Shown here: piece by piece, positions 17,545 to 26,820 of the stretch
Position numbering within the stretch: position 1 is the first letter of the stretch
Layout of the letters: each line of letters begins with the position of its first letter
Assembly: GCA_965219135.1 (NCBI GenBank)
Contig: CBDCMV010000003.1
Location: forward strand, 423,856-487,855
Length of the DNA: 64,000 bases
Origin: Alphaproteobacteria bacterium
GTDB taxonomy: Bacteria > Pseudomonadota > Alphaproteobacteria > VGEJ01
Reading direction: 5' to 3'
Notes under the pieces: generated by a model
What the model saw: only the letters and a program-made list of their open reading frames with translations
Databases searched by the model: none
What the model was told of the DNA's origin: nothing
Translations under genes and position numbers: made by a program

Positions 17545-19134
17545 GTGCGTGATTTTCATTTTCCTGGCCGTTCGACGGTGCACGCGGTCAACGGCATGGC
17601 CGCGACCTCGCACCCTTTGGCAACCCTTGCGGCGATCGAAGTCCTGCGCGAGGGCGGCAACGCGATCGACGCCGCCGTGACGGCGAGCGCGGTCTTGTGC
17701 GCGGTCGAGGCCAAGTCCACCGGCATCGGCGGCGACTGTTTCGTGCTCTACGCGCCGGGCGGGCGCGGTCCGCTTATCGGTCTCAACGGCTCGGGGCGGG
17801 CGCCGGCACGGGCGAACGCCGAGTGGTTTCACGAGCGGGGCATCACGCGCATCGAGCCGCGCTCGGTGCATGCCGTCACGGTGCCCGGCGCGATCGACGC
17901 CTGGGCGCGCATCCTTGACGACCACGGCACCATGGGCCTCGACCGCTGCCTTGTACCCGCGATCCGATACAGCGAAGAAGGCGCGCCGGTCTCGCCGCGT
18001 ACCGCCTGGGACTGGATCGATCTGGTTGACGCGCTGAAAGCGGACCTGACCGCCAAGCGCATCTTTCTGCCCCGGGGCCGGGCGCCGCGCGTCGGCGAGA
18101 TTCACCGCCAACCCGAGCTCGGCAAGGTGCTCCGGACCATCGCCCGCAAGGGCCCCCCCGGCTTTTACCGCGGCGCCGTCGCGCGCGACATCGTCGGTTA
18201 TTTACGACGGCTTGGTGGACTTCACACCCTCGAGGACTTTGCCAACCACACCTCGGACTATGTGATGCCCATCCATACCCACTATCACGGCCACAAAGTT
18301 TGCGAGATTCCGCCCAACGGCCAAGGCATCACCGCCCTCATCATGCTCAACATCCTGCGCGGATTCGATCTCGGCGGCCTTGATCCCAACGGTTACAAGC
18401 GGTTGCACCTCGAGGCAGAAGCAGGGCGGCTCGCGTACGCCGCACGCGACGCCTTCGTCGCCGATCCTGGCGCCGCCAAAGTACCCACCGCGAGACTGCT
18501 CTCGAGGCGCCACGCCGAGTCCGAGCGCGCGCGCATCCGACGCGATCGTGCCATCACCGACCTCCGCCCAGCCTCGGCGTTGCCTCTCGTCGACACGGTC
18601 TACCTGACCGTCGTTGATCGCGACAGAAACGCGGTGTCCTTCATCAACTCGACGTTCTGGTCCTTCGGATCTGGACTGGTCAGCCCCAAGACCGGCGTGG
18701 TCTTGCAGAACCGCGGAGCCGGCTTCACCCTCGAGCCCGGCCACCCGAACTGCATCGGGCCGTCCAAGCGTCCGCTCCACACCATTATTCCGGGAATGCT
18801 CATGAAGGGGGCGCGCGCGGTCATGCCCTTCGGCGTCATGGGCGGCTACTACCAGCCGGCAGGACACGCACACCTGGTCTCCAACGTGCTCGACTTCGGC
18901 ATGGACCTTCAGGAGGCGATTGACTCACCGCGCGCCCTTCATATCGAAGGGGTGCTCAACCTCGAACGCGGTATCAACGACGAAACCGCGCGCCGCCTTC
19001 GCCGCCTCGGCCACAAGGTGAAGCGGCCCAAGGCGCCATTCGGTGGCGCCCAGGCGATCTGGATCGACGCGAAGGGGGGCACGCTGATCGGCGCGTCCGA
19101 ACCACGCAAAGATGGCTGCGCGCTAGGCTATTAG
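17545..19134 (+). CDS. ggt: gamma-glutamyltransferase
   Basis: 529-aa ORF with a GTG start. Contains ..GGNAIDAAV.., ..TGIGGDCF.. and the autoprocessing-region block DTVYLTVVDRDRNAVSFINS. Confidence 0.9.
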   Translation: MRDFHFPGRSTVHAVNGMAATSHPLATLAAIEVLREGGNAIDAAVTASAVLCAVEAKSTGIGGDCFVLYAPGGRGPLIGLNGSGRAPARANAEWFHERGITRIEPRSVHAVTVPGAIDAWARILDDHGTMGLDRCLVPAIRYSEEGAPVSPRTAWDWIDLVDALKADLTAKRIFLPRGRAPRVGEIHRQPELGKVLRTIARKGPPGFYRGAVARDIVGYLRRLGGLHTLEDFANHTSDYVMPIHTHYHGHKVCEIPPNGQGITALIMLNILRGFDLGGLDPNGYKRLHLEAEAGRLAYAARDAFVADPGAAKVPTARLLSRRHAESERARIRRDRAITDLRPASALPLVDTVYLTVVDRDRNAVSFINSTFWSFGSGLVSPKTGVVLQNRGAGFTLEPGHPNCIGPSKRPLHTIIPGMLMKGARAVMPFGVMGGYYQPAGHAHLVSNVLDFGMDLQEAIDSPRALHIEGVLNLERGINDETARRLRRLGHKVKRPKAPFGGAQAIWIDAKGGTLIGASEPRKDGCALGY

Positions 19135-19156
19135 CCGGGATCGTCCCGGCCAGCGT

Positions 19157-19455
19157 CTAGAAACTCGGGCGATCGACGCTCTCGGCGGACGGGACGCGTA
19201 CCCAGGCCTTGCCGACAGCGCGGATGCAACTCACGCCGCGCGGCGTGGTTACAACCATAGAGTCCAGGTACCGCGCGGCGAGACGAACATCTCGAAAAGC
19301 TTGCCGCTAGCGTCGAGGCCGGCCGAGACGGGCTGCTCGGAGTAGAATTTTGCGAGGTGAGCGGTGAGGACGCCGTGTCTCAAACACGTCTCCCTCGCCG
19401 CGGCCGGCACGGCCGCAAGCACCAAAGATAGAGCCAGTACGGCGCAAGTTTTCAC
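19157..19455 (-). pseudogene. small secreted protein, frameshifted near its middle
   Basis: GGAGG-N8-GTG at 19455, signal peptide KTCAVLALSLVLAAVPAAA, then ..SPRGTWTLWL* at 19249. The expected continuation VVTTPRGVSCIRAVGKAWVRVPS.. is in another frame and ends at 19157. Confidence 0.5.
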
Positions 19456-19576
19456 GGGCCGAACCTCCGGCCGAGCGTCGTTCCGGCTCGGTGCTACAGA
19501 CGTACAACGAGGTTGCACTTCACCGGATTCGTTTCAACTATATCGGGTGCGGGTTAAGTAACCCTTGACGCTGGAC

Positions 19577-20014
19577 TCAGGCGCGGACCTCGACCGGGGT
19601 GACCGGCCCGATGCGATCCTCGGCGCGGGCACGAGCTACCGTGTAGGCCAGCGCCCCGTCGCTTGCGAAGCCGGTGTCTTCGCGATCGTCGTGGGGCAGC
19701 ACCTGCTGGGCGATGAACTGCGCGATGAACTGGCTCGACGGCTTGGCGAGCGCGGGCGGTTGGCTCCGCCGCTCTCGTGGTTCGAGCGGTGCAAGCGGTT
19801 CCCGGCGATGCGGGGCGCTGCTCCGCGCGCGGGCCTCCAACGCCGCCCGGCGCGGGCGCCGGAAAAGCGCCTCTGTCTCTTCCTTCGACCCGTTCGAGCG
19901 GAAGCCCCGCGCAGGCGGCTCGAGGCGCGGGAAAGAGTCGTTTGCTGGCAGCGGTCGTCCGACGTTTTCGGGCGGCCCCTGCGGCAGTATCGAGACTGCA
20001 GAGATCGATGGCAC
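19577..20014 (-). CDS. hypothetical protein
   Basis: 145-aa ORF with a GTG start and GC-rich third positions, especially in the C-terminal half (..FIAQFIAQQVL..). I recognise no family and see no clear SD. Confidence 0.3.
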   Translation of the reverse strand: MPSISAVSILPQGPPENVGRPLPANDSFPRLEPPARGFRSNGSKEETEALFRRPRRAALEARARSSAPHRREPLAPLEPRERRSQPPALAKPSSQFIAQFIAQQVLPHDDREDTGFASDGALAYTVARARAEDRIGPVTPVEVRA

Positions 20015-20074
20015 GCTTAGTCGAACCAGGCTCGGTTAATCATCGGATCCTTGGCCCCAGATTTGTTTATTAAT

Positions 20075-21729
20075 CTAGGAGCGTGCGCTGCAGAAAGGTC
20101 CGCGCGGCAAAGTTGATAGCGGACGGGTTGTGGGTGGATTTGCGCAGGGGGAAGTATGATCCGATACGCCAGTTGCGTATGGGAACTCCAGATGCCGACC
20201 ACGTTTCGTGCCTACCAGCCGGACCAACCCTTGCTTTTGCCGCTGGACTTGCAGGAGTGGGTTCCCCCAGGGCACCTGGCTCATCACGTCAGCGATGTGG
20301 TCGATGCACTGGACTTGACGGCGTTCTATGCGCCCAACGAGGGGGACGGTCGACGCAACGCCCCCTACGAGCCGTCGATGATGGTCAAGGTGCTGATCTA
20401 TGCCTACGCGACGGGCACATTCTCCTCGCGCGCGGTGGCGAGGAAGCTGGAGGAGGAAGTAGCGTTTCGGATGCTCGCGGCGGGCAACTTCCCGCAACAT
20501 CGCACGGTATGTGAGTTCCGCCGCCGACATCTGGCGGAGTTCAGCGAGCTGTTTGTGGGGGTGGTGCAGGTGGCGCGCGAGATGGGACTGGCGCGGTTCG
20601 GCAAGCTCTCGGTCGACGGGACGAAGGTGCGAGCGAACGCGAGCAAGCGCAAGGCGATGAGCTATGAGCGGATGGGCAAAGAGGCGGCTCGCTTGCAGGC
20701 GGAGATCGAGGCGCTGCTGACGAAGGCGGGGATGGTGGACGCCGAAGAAGACGAGCGTTGGGGCGAGGATTTCCGGGGCGACGAGTTGCCCGAGGAGTTG
20801 CAACGCAGGGAGAAGCGCCTGGCGGCGATCCAGGCAGCCAAAGCGCGTTTGGAGGCGGCGCAACGCGGGCGCGACGATGAGCGCGGGCGCGAGCCTGGGC
20901 AGGACCGCAATCCCCGGGGCGGGCGGCCCTACAAGCGGGCCTACGGCGAGCCCGAGCCGAAGGCGCAGAGCAATTTCACCGATCCCGAGAGCCAGATCAT
21001 GAAGACCAGCAGCGAGGGATTCCAGCAGTGCTCCAACGCGCAGATGGCGGTCGATGGGGAGCACCAGATCATCGTCGCGACTCAGGTGGGGCCACAGGCC
21101 AGCGACCAGGGTCAGCTGGTGGGGATGCTCGACGAGATCAACGAGACGTTTGGGGTCGAGCCTGCGGTGGTACTGGCCGATGCGGGCTACTGCAACGAGC
21201 CGGATCTGTTGGAGCTGGAAGATCGCGGCATCGACGCGCACGTAGCGCTGGGGCGTGAAGGCAAGTCCCAGGTGGCGGTCGACCCGGCCCGGCTCCCTGC
21301 CACGCACCGCATGGGTGAGAAACTGGCGAGCCCCGCGGGCAAAGCCCGGTACGCGCAACGCAAGTGGCTCTCGGAGGCGCCGAACGGGTGGATCAAGGAG
21401 GTGCTCGGATTCCGACGATTCAGCCTGCGAGGCTTGGCGAAGGTGCGCGGCGAGTGGGACCTCGTGTGCTTGGCGTTGAACATCAAGCGGATGGGGACGG
21501 TGGCCACGTGCTGAGGCAGGTGCTGGCCTGCCAACGCACTTGCTCCGGGGCGCGCAGTGCCCATCGACCGCGTATGAAACGCGAATCTCTTCCGTTCCGG
21601 CCTTCCGGTCCGGGCTTTCCATCCCAGAGTCGGGCGGGCCAGATGTCCACACTCGGGCCAAAATCCAACCTCTCCGGCGGCCGCGCGCCAATCGCCCAAC
21701 ATCAAAACTTCTACGGCGCACGCTCCTAG
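20075..21729 (+). mobile_element. IS1182-family insertion sequence, copy 1 (complete)
   Basis: Terminal inverted repeats CTAGGAGCGTGCGC.. (20075) and ..GCGCACGCTCCTAG (21729) enclose a single transposase gene. The left end recurs at 62972 and, inverted, at 38862. Confidence 0.9.
20192..21514 (+). CDS. IS1182-family DDE transposase
   Basis: ORF 20156..21514; probable ATG at 20192 (MPTTFRAYQPDQPLLLPLDLQEWVPPGHLA..). Has the DUF772-like N-terminus, ..SVDGTKVRANAS.. and ..LADAGYCN.. Confidence 0.9.
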   Translation: MPTTFRAYQPDQPLLLPLDLQEWVPPGHLAHHVSDVVDALDLTAFYAPNEGDGRRNAPYEPSMMVKVLIYAYATGTFSSRAVARKLEEEVAFRMLAAGNFPQHRTVCEFRRRHLAEFSELFVGVVQVAREMGLARFGKLSVDGTKVRANASKRKAMSYERMGKEAARLQAEIEALLTKAGMVDAEEDERWGEDFRGDELPEELQRREKRLAAIQAAKARLEAAQRGRDDERGREPGQDRNPRGGRPYKRAYGEPEPKAQSNFTDPESQIMKTSSEGFQQCSNAQMAVDGEHQIIVATQVGPQASDQGQLVGMLDEINETFGVEPAVVLADAGYCNEPDLLELEDRGIDAHVALGREGKSQVAVDPARLPATHRMGEKLASPAGKARYAQRKWLSEAPNGWIKEVLGFRRFSLRGLAKVRGEWDLVCLALNIKRMGTVATC

Positions 21730-21738
21730 GCTGGTTCG

Positions 21739-22110
21739 ATGGGCGGCGTTGACGACAGACCACCGGTTTGGATTGGCCACGTGTTCTTGGAAGTGGCGAA
21801 ATTCCGCGAATTGTACAAGTTCTTCGGTTCGCTGGGAATGCGCCGCGTCGCCCGCTTCCCCGGACTCGCGGTGCTCGAGCTGCGCGGCGGGACGCACCTG
21901 GTGCTGCAAAGGTCCAAGAAAAAAGAGCCGGCGCCGGCCGATTTCGATCTCATGGTCGACGACCTGGCGGCGCAGCACGCGGCCCTCACGGGCGCCGGCT
22001 ACGCGCCCGGCCCGATCCGTCGCGGCCGCATCCACCGTTCCTTCGAGGTCGCCGAACCGTCGGGCCACACCATCACCTTCAGCGACAGCCACGTCGCCGG
22101 CCCGGTCTAG
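21739..22110 (+). CDS. VOC (glyoxalase/bleomycin-resistance) family protein
   Basis: 123-aa ORF (..IGHVFLEV..LELRGGTHLVL..GHTITF..). The ATG lies 9 nt after the IS1182 right end. Confidence 0.65.
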   Translation: MGGVDDRPPVWIGHVFLEVAKFRELYKFFGSLGMRRVARFPGLAVLELRGGTHLVLQRSKKKEPAPADFDLMVDDLAAQHAALTGAGYAPGPIRRGRIHRSFEVAEPSGHTITFSDSHVAGPV

Positions 22111-22202
22111 ACACAGGCCGACAGAGCGGCATTGCGGGGGCTTGCGGTTCCGCAACGCGCGGCCGAGACTGCGCTGTGCGATAGGAATGCGGTCGCGGGG
22201 CG

Positions 22203-23747
22203 GTGCTGCCGATGATGCCGAGCAAGATCGTCACGGCCGAGGCCGCGGCGGCCAAGGTGGTGGACGGGGCCACGGTCGCGGTGTTCGGCGGCGGTGGGGG
22301 GCTGGTCGAGCCATCGGCGCTGTTGGCGGCGCTCGAAGCGCGGTTCCTCGGAACCGGGCACCCCCGCGATCTCACGGTGGTGCATGCGCTTGGCATTGGC
22401 GACCGGGGCGAGCGCGGCATGAATCGCTTTGCGCACGAGGGCATGGTCCGGCGCGTCATCGGCGGCCACTGGGTGTGGTCGCCGCGCATGCAAGAGATGG
22501 CGCGCGACGAGAAGATCGAGGCCTATGTCCTGCCGGGCGGGGTGATCATGCAGCTCCTGCGCGAGATCGGCGCCGGCCGGCCCGGACTGATCACCCACGT
22601 CGGCCTCGCCACCTTCGCCGATCCCCGCCTCGAGGGCGGGCGCATGAACCGCCGCGCCGTCGAGCCGCTGGTCGAGGTCATCGAGATCGATGGCCGTGAG
22701 CTGCTGCGCTACAAGCCGTTTCCCGTCGACGTCGCGATCGTGCGCGCGAGCTCGGCCGATGACCAGGGCAACCTGAGCTTCCAAGAAGAACCGGCGAACC
22801 TCGGCGCGTTCGCGATTGCCTTGGCCGCGCACAACTCGGGCGGGGCGGTTCTGGCCCAGGTGCGCACCGAGGTCCTCTTCGGCACCCTGCCCGCGCGGGC
22901 GGTGCGAGTCCCCGGCGCGCTGGTCGACGCGGTGGCGGTCGATCCGGAACAATCGCAGAGCTACGACATCGTCTACGATCCGACGATCTCGGGCGAGCAG
23001 TGGGGCCCGGTACCGCCCGAGCCGGCCGAGGCCTTTGGAGTCCGTCAGGCGATTGCCCGGCGAGCGGCCGAGGAACTGCGGGACGGCGCCACCATCAACT
23101 ACGGCTTCGGCATCCCCGACGCAGTGGCCAAGCTGGTCGCCGCGCGGGGCGAGGCCGATCGCTATTACCAGACCATCGAGCACGGCACCTACGGCGGCAC
23201 GCTCTTGGACGGCATGCTGTTCGGCTTCGCGCGCAACCCCACCGCCATGATCGATGCACCCTCGCAGTTCGACCTTTACTCCGGCGGCGGCCTCGACATC
23301 GCCTTTCTCGGTTTCGGGGAGTTCGATGCAGCCGGAAACGTCAACGCGTCCAAACTCGGTGGGCTTACCGTCGGCCCCGGCGGCTTCCTCGACATCGCCC
23401 AGAACGCGCGCAAGGTGGTCTTCTGCGGGGCCTTCGAGGCCAAGGGGGCCGAGGTCGCGACCGGTGGTGGTCGGTTGGACGTCCGTCGTCACGGTGCGGT
23501 CAAGAAATTCGTGTCCGAAGTGGCCCAAGTTACCTTCTCCGGCGTCCAGGCGCAGCGCTCGCGCCAGGACGTGGTGGTCGTTACCGAGCGCGCGGTCTTT
23601 CGCCTCGCGCCCGAAGGCGTCGTCTTGACCGAGGTCGCCCCCGGCGTCGACCTCGCGCGCGACGTTCTCGACCGCATGGACTTCGCGCCGCTGCAGCCTA
23701 GCCCGCCGGCGGTGATGCCGGCGGCGCACTTCACCGCGCCGGCTTGA
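22203..23747 (+). CDS. acyl-CoA:acetate/3-ketoacid CoA-transferase family protein (YdiF-like)
   Basis: 514-aa ORF (..VAVFGGGGGLVEP.., ..HWVWSPRMQEMARDEKIEAYVLPGGVIMQLLREIGAGRPGLITHVGL..). Confidence 0.8.
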   Translation: MLPMMPSKIVTAEAAAAKVVDGATVAVFGGGGGLVEPSALLAALEARFLGTGHPRDLTVVHALGIGDRGERGMNRFAHEGMVRRVIGGHWVWSPRMQEMARDEKIEAYVLPGGVIMQLLREIGAGRPGLITHVGLATFADPRLEGGRMNRRAVEPLVEVIEIDGRELLRYKPFPVDVAIVRASSADDQGNLSFQEEPANLGAFAIALAAHNSGGAVLAQVRTEVLFGTLPARAVRVPGALVDAVAVDPEQSQSYDIVYDPTISGEQWGPVPPEPAEAFGVRQAIARRAAEELRDGATINYGFGIPDAVAKLVAARGEADRYYQTIEHGTYGGTLLDGMLFGFARNPTAMIDAPSQFDLYSGGGLDIAFLGFGEFDAAGNVNASKLGGLTVGPGGFLDIAQNARKVVFCGAFEAKGAEVATGGGRLDVRRHGAVKKFVSEVAQVTFSGVQAQRSRQDVVVVTERAVFRLAPEGVVLTEVAPGVDLARDVLDRMDFAPLQPSPPAVMPAAHFTAPA

Positions 23748-23750
23748 GCG

Positions 23751-24803
23751 ATGGCCGCGGTGCGCCTTGCGGTCATCGGCGCCGGCCGCATCGGCGCCCG
23801 CCACGCCAAGATGGCCGCGACCGAGCCAGCCTGCGAGCTGGTCGCGATCGCCGACCCGGACCCCGCCGCGGCGGCGCTGGCCGCCGAGGTCGGGGCGGCC
23901 CACTACGTGAGCCATGACGAGCTGTTGGACACCGCGCGTCCCGATGGCGCCATCGTGGCGGTGCCGACCGGCCTACACGCCGAGGTCGGTGTCGCCTGTG
24001 CCCGGCGCGGTGTCCACATGCTCATGGAAAAGCCGATCGCCGATTCGTTGGCCGCCGGCAGGCGCATCGTCGCGACGGCCGAGGCGGCCGGGGTGCGCGT
24101 GGCGGTCGGCCACCACCGCCGCTTCGACCCCGCGGTCGGGGGCGCGCAGGAATGCATTCGCGGCGGCGCCATCGGCACGCTGCTCGCGGTCTCGGTCATC
24201 TGGGCGGTGCGCAAGCCCGCAGCCTATTTCGACCTCGAATGGCGGCGGCAGCCCGGGGGCGGCCCGGTGCTGATCAACCTGATCCACGACATCGACTGTC
24301 TGCGCGCGATCTGCGGCGAGGTCGAGCGGGTCTACGCCGAAACCGGCCGCGTGGGCCGCGCGTTCGACGTCGAGGACACCGCCGCGATCGTGCTGCGCTT
24401 TGGCGGCGGAGCGGTGTGCACGATCACCGCCTCCGACGCCACCCCCTCACCGTGGGGCTGGGAGGCGGCGACCGGCGAGAATCCCTCGGCCGCGGAGACC
24501 GGCGAGGACTGCTACCGCTTCTTCGGCTCCAAAGGCGTGCTCGAGTTCCCGAGCCTTGCGCTCTGGCGCTACCGCGGCGGGGCGGCGGGGCCCGACGACT
24601 GGGAGATCCCGCTAGAGCGCGAGAGCGGGCCACCGGCGCCGCGCGCCGCGCTGGCGGCCCAGCTCCGGCACCTTTGCCGGGTGATCGCCGAGGGCGAGGC
24701 GCCGGTGGTCGACGGTCGCGAGGGGCTCGCGACGCTGGCCGCCACGGTCGCGATCCTCCACTCGGCCGAGCGGGGCACACCGGTCACGCCGGAGGCGGTG
24801 TGA
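23751..24803 (+). CDS. Gfo/Idh/MocA family oxidoreductase
   Basis: 350-aa ORF with N-terminal Rossmann motif RLAVIGAGRIGARHA and ..MEKPIA.. Confidence 0.85.
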   Translation: MAAVRLAVIGAGRIGARHAKMAATEPACELVAIADPDPAAAALAAEVGAAHYVSHDELLDTARPDGAIVAVPTGLHAEVGVACARRGVHMLMEKPIADSLAAGRRIVATAEAAGVRVAVGHHRRFDPAVGGAQECIRGGAIGTLLAVSVIWAVRKPAAYFDLEWRRQPGGGPVLINLIHDIDCLRAICGEVERVYAETGRVGRAFDVEDTAAIVLRFGGGAVCTITASDATPSPWGWEAATGENPSAAETGEDCYRFFGSKGVLEFPSLALWRYRGGAAGPDDWEIPLERESGPPAPRAALAAQLRHLCRVIAEGEAPVVDGREGLATLAATVAILHSAERGTPVTPEAV

Positions 24804-24805
24804 CG

Positions 24806-25240
24806 TCACGCGTTGGCGACCCACTTCAAGATATGGTCGGCGACCGCGACCAACGCACCGTCCTGGTTGGTTACCCGGACCTCGGCGGTCGAGCGGCGGC
24901 GCTTGGTATCGATCGCGCGGACGGTGTACTCGACCGTGATGGTGTCGCCCATGAACACCGCCCCAAGAAAGCGGATGCGATCGTAGCCCAGCGATACCGG
25001 GGTCTCGTGCGGGTCGTCGCGGCAACGCTGGATGGCCAGCGACGAGGCGGTCGACATATAGCCGACCGTCAACGCCCCGTGCGCCATCCTCCGCCCGTAA
25101 CGCGAGCGCGCCATGTACGCCGCATCGACATGATTGGGCGCGAAATCGCCGGTGATGCCGGCGAACAGGTAGACGTCGGTCTCGGAGACGGTCTTGCTGA
25201 ACGAGGCCTGATCGCCGACGGCGACGTGGAAGCTTTCCAT
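24806..25240 (-). CDS. MaoC-like (R)-specific dehydratase domain protein
   Basis: 144-aa ORF (..FAGITGDFAPNHVD..RMAHGALT..). Confidence 0.8.
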   Translation of the reverse strand: MESFHVAVGDQASFSKTVSETDVYLFAGITGDFAPNHVDAAYMARSRYGRRMAHGALTVGYMSTASSLAIQRCRDDPHETPVSLGYDRIRFLGAVFMGDTITVEYTVRAIDTKRRRSTAEVRVTNQDGALVAVADHILKWVANA

Positions 25241-25293
25241 GACCCTCCCTTTGCTGTCATCGTGATTGAGGTCTAACGGTTGCGACTCGGAGC

Positions 25294-26004
25294 ATGGGCG
25301 TCGATCTTAGCGGCACTACGACGGTGGTTACAGGCGGCTCGCGCAGCATCGGCAGGGCCATCGCCGACCATTTTGGCGATCTGGGATGCAGGCTCGTGGT
25401 GTGGGACATCGAGCCCCACGGGAGCGATGCGATGGCGGTCGACGTCGCCGACGAGGCGGCGGTGGATCAGGCGATGGCGGACACCGTGGAAGCGCTCGGT
25501 CACGTCGATATCCTGGTCAACAACGCCGGCGTCAATGGGCCCACCGTGCCTGCGTGGGACTATCCGCTGGCGGCGTGGCAGCGGGTCCTCGACATTGACC
25601 TTACGGGCACCTTCCTGTGCTGTCGCGCGGTGGCGCCACACATGCGGGCGCGCGGCGCGGGCCGCATCGTCAACGTCGCCTCGATCGCCGGCAAAGAGGG
25701 AAACGCCCAGGCCTGCGCCTACTCCGCGGCCAAGGCTGGCGTCATTGGCTTTACCAAGGCGCTCGCCAAGGAGCTGGTTGGCGATGGCGTCACCGTGAAT
25801 TGCGTGACCCCGGCGATGACCGAGACCGCGCTCTTGAACGAGATGACGCCGGACTACATCGAAGCGGTGCGGGCGTTGATCCCGATGGGCCGGCTGTGCG
25901 AGAGACACGAGATCGCGGCCATGGTCGCGTGGATCGCGAGCGCCGAGTGCAGCTTTACGACCGCCGCCGTCTTCGACCTTTCCGGCGGGCGCGCGACCTA
26001 CTAG
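25294..26004 (+). CDS. SDR family oxidoreductase (FabG-like)
   Basis: TGGSRSIG, NNAG and the YSAAK catalytic motif. Confidence 0.88.
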   Translation: MGVDLSGTTTVVTGGSRSIGRAIADHFGDLGCRLVVWDIEPHGSDAMAVDVADEAAVDQAMADTVEALGHVDILVNNAGVNGPTVPAWDYPLAAWQRVLDIDLTGTFLCCRAVAPHMRARGAGRIVNVASIAGKEGNAQACAYSAAKAGVIGFTKALAKELVGDGVTVNCVTPAMTETALLNEMTPDYIEAVRALIPMGRLCERHEIAAMVAWIASAECSFTTAAVFDLSGGRATY

Positions 26005-26013
26005 GGCGCGGTC

Positions 26014-26737
26014 ATGCTGGACGAGGCGCTCCTTTCGATCAACCAAGTGACGACCCTCGAGCAGTGGTCGCTGCGCCAAGCGATCGACGGCTACGCGCGG
26101 CACGGGGTACGGGCGATGGGGGTATGGCGTGACAAGCTGAGCGAGATCGGCGCCGCCGCCGCGGCCAGGTCGTTGCGCGAGGCCGGCATGACGGTGAGCG
26201 CCTACTGTGTGGGCGGCCTTCTTACGGCCTCGGGTAAGGAGGCATTCAGCGCCCGCCTCGACGACAACCGCCGCATGATCGACGAGGCGGCGGCGATCGG
26301 CGCCCCGCGCCGCCGGCGTCACCCTCGCCCTCGAACCCTTGCGCCCGATGCTGTGCGCGGCGCGCTCGGTGCTGACGACGTTGGCCATGGCCAACGACTG
26401 GTGCGATCGCCTGGGCGGCGGCGAGGAACTCGGCATCGTCATCGACGTCTACAACCTGTGGTGGGATCCCCAACTCGAGGCCGAAATCGCCCGCGCCGGG
26501 CCGCGCATCGTCGCCCTCCAGTTGTGCGATTGGCTGGCCGAGACCACGGATCTACGCCTCGACCGCGGCATGCCCGGAGACGGTGTGATCGACATCCCCG
26601 CGATTCGCCAGCGCGTGGAGGCCGCGGGCTACACCGGATGCCGCGAGATCGAGATATTTTCCGCCCGCGACTGGTGGAAACGCGACCCCGATGAGGTCGT
26701 CCGCACCGTCAAGGAGCGCTACCAGACAGCGGTATGA
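26014..26737 (+). pseudogene. sugar phosphate isomerase/epimerase (xylose-isomerase-like TIM barrel), frame change plus probable internal deletion
   Basis: ORF 26014..26694 is sensible up to ..MIDEAAAIGAP. ORF 26339..26737, with its upstream frame, is sensible from ..RAAGVTLALEPLRPM.. to the end. The junction is at about 26305-26312. Confidence 0.65.
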
Positions 26738-26820
26738 GCCGCTGGTGGCAGCTGTTTGCGCGGACCGTATCGGGGGCCTAGACTCCGTCTCGATCCATCA
26801 CGGTCAGGCCGGGAGGTTTC

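Noticed and set aside
16237-18111. 624-aa minus-strand ORF
   Set aside because: Antisense to the HyuB part of the chimera, the DUF4170 gene and ggt. No motifs and Arg/Ala-rich.
20075-21763. 562-aa minus-strand ORF spanning the whole IS1182 (and its twin at 62972..63961)
   Set aside because: Antisense to a transposase with clear DDE-family similarity. The composition is typical of shadow frames.
22107-23915. 602-aa minus-strand ORF
   Set aside because: Antisense to the CoA-transferase gene, which has strong family similarity.
25273-26442. 389-aa minus-strand ORF
   Set aside because: Antisense to the SDR and isomerase genes, with no motifs.
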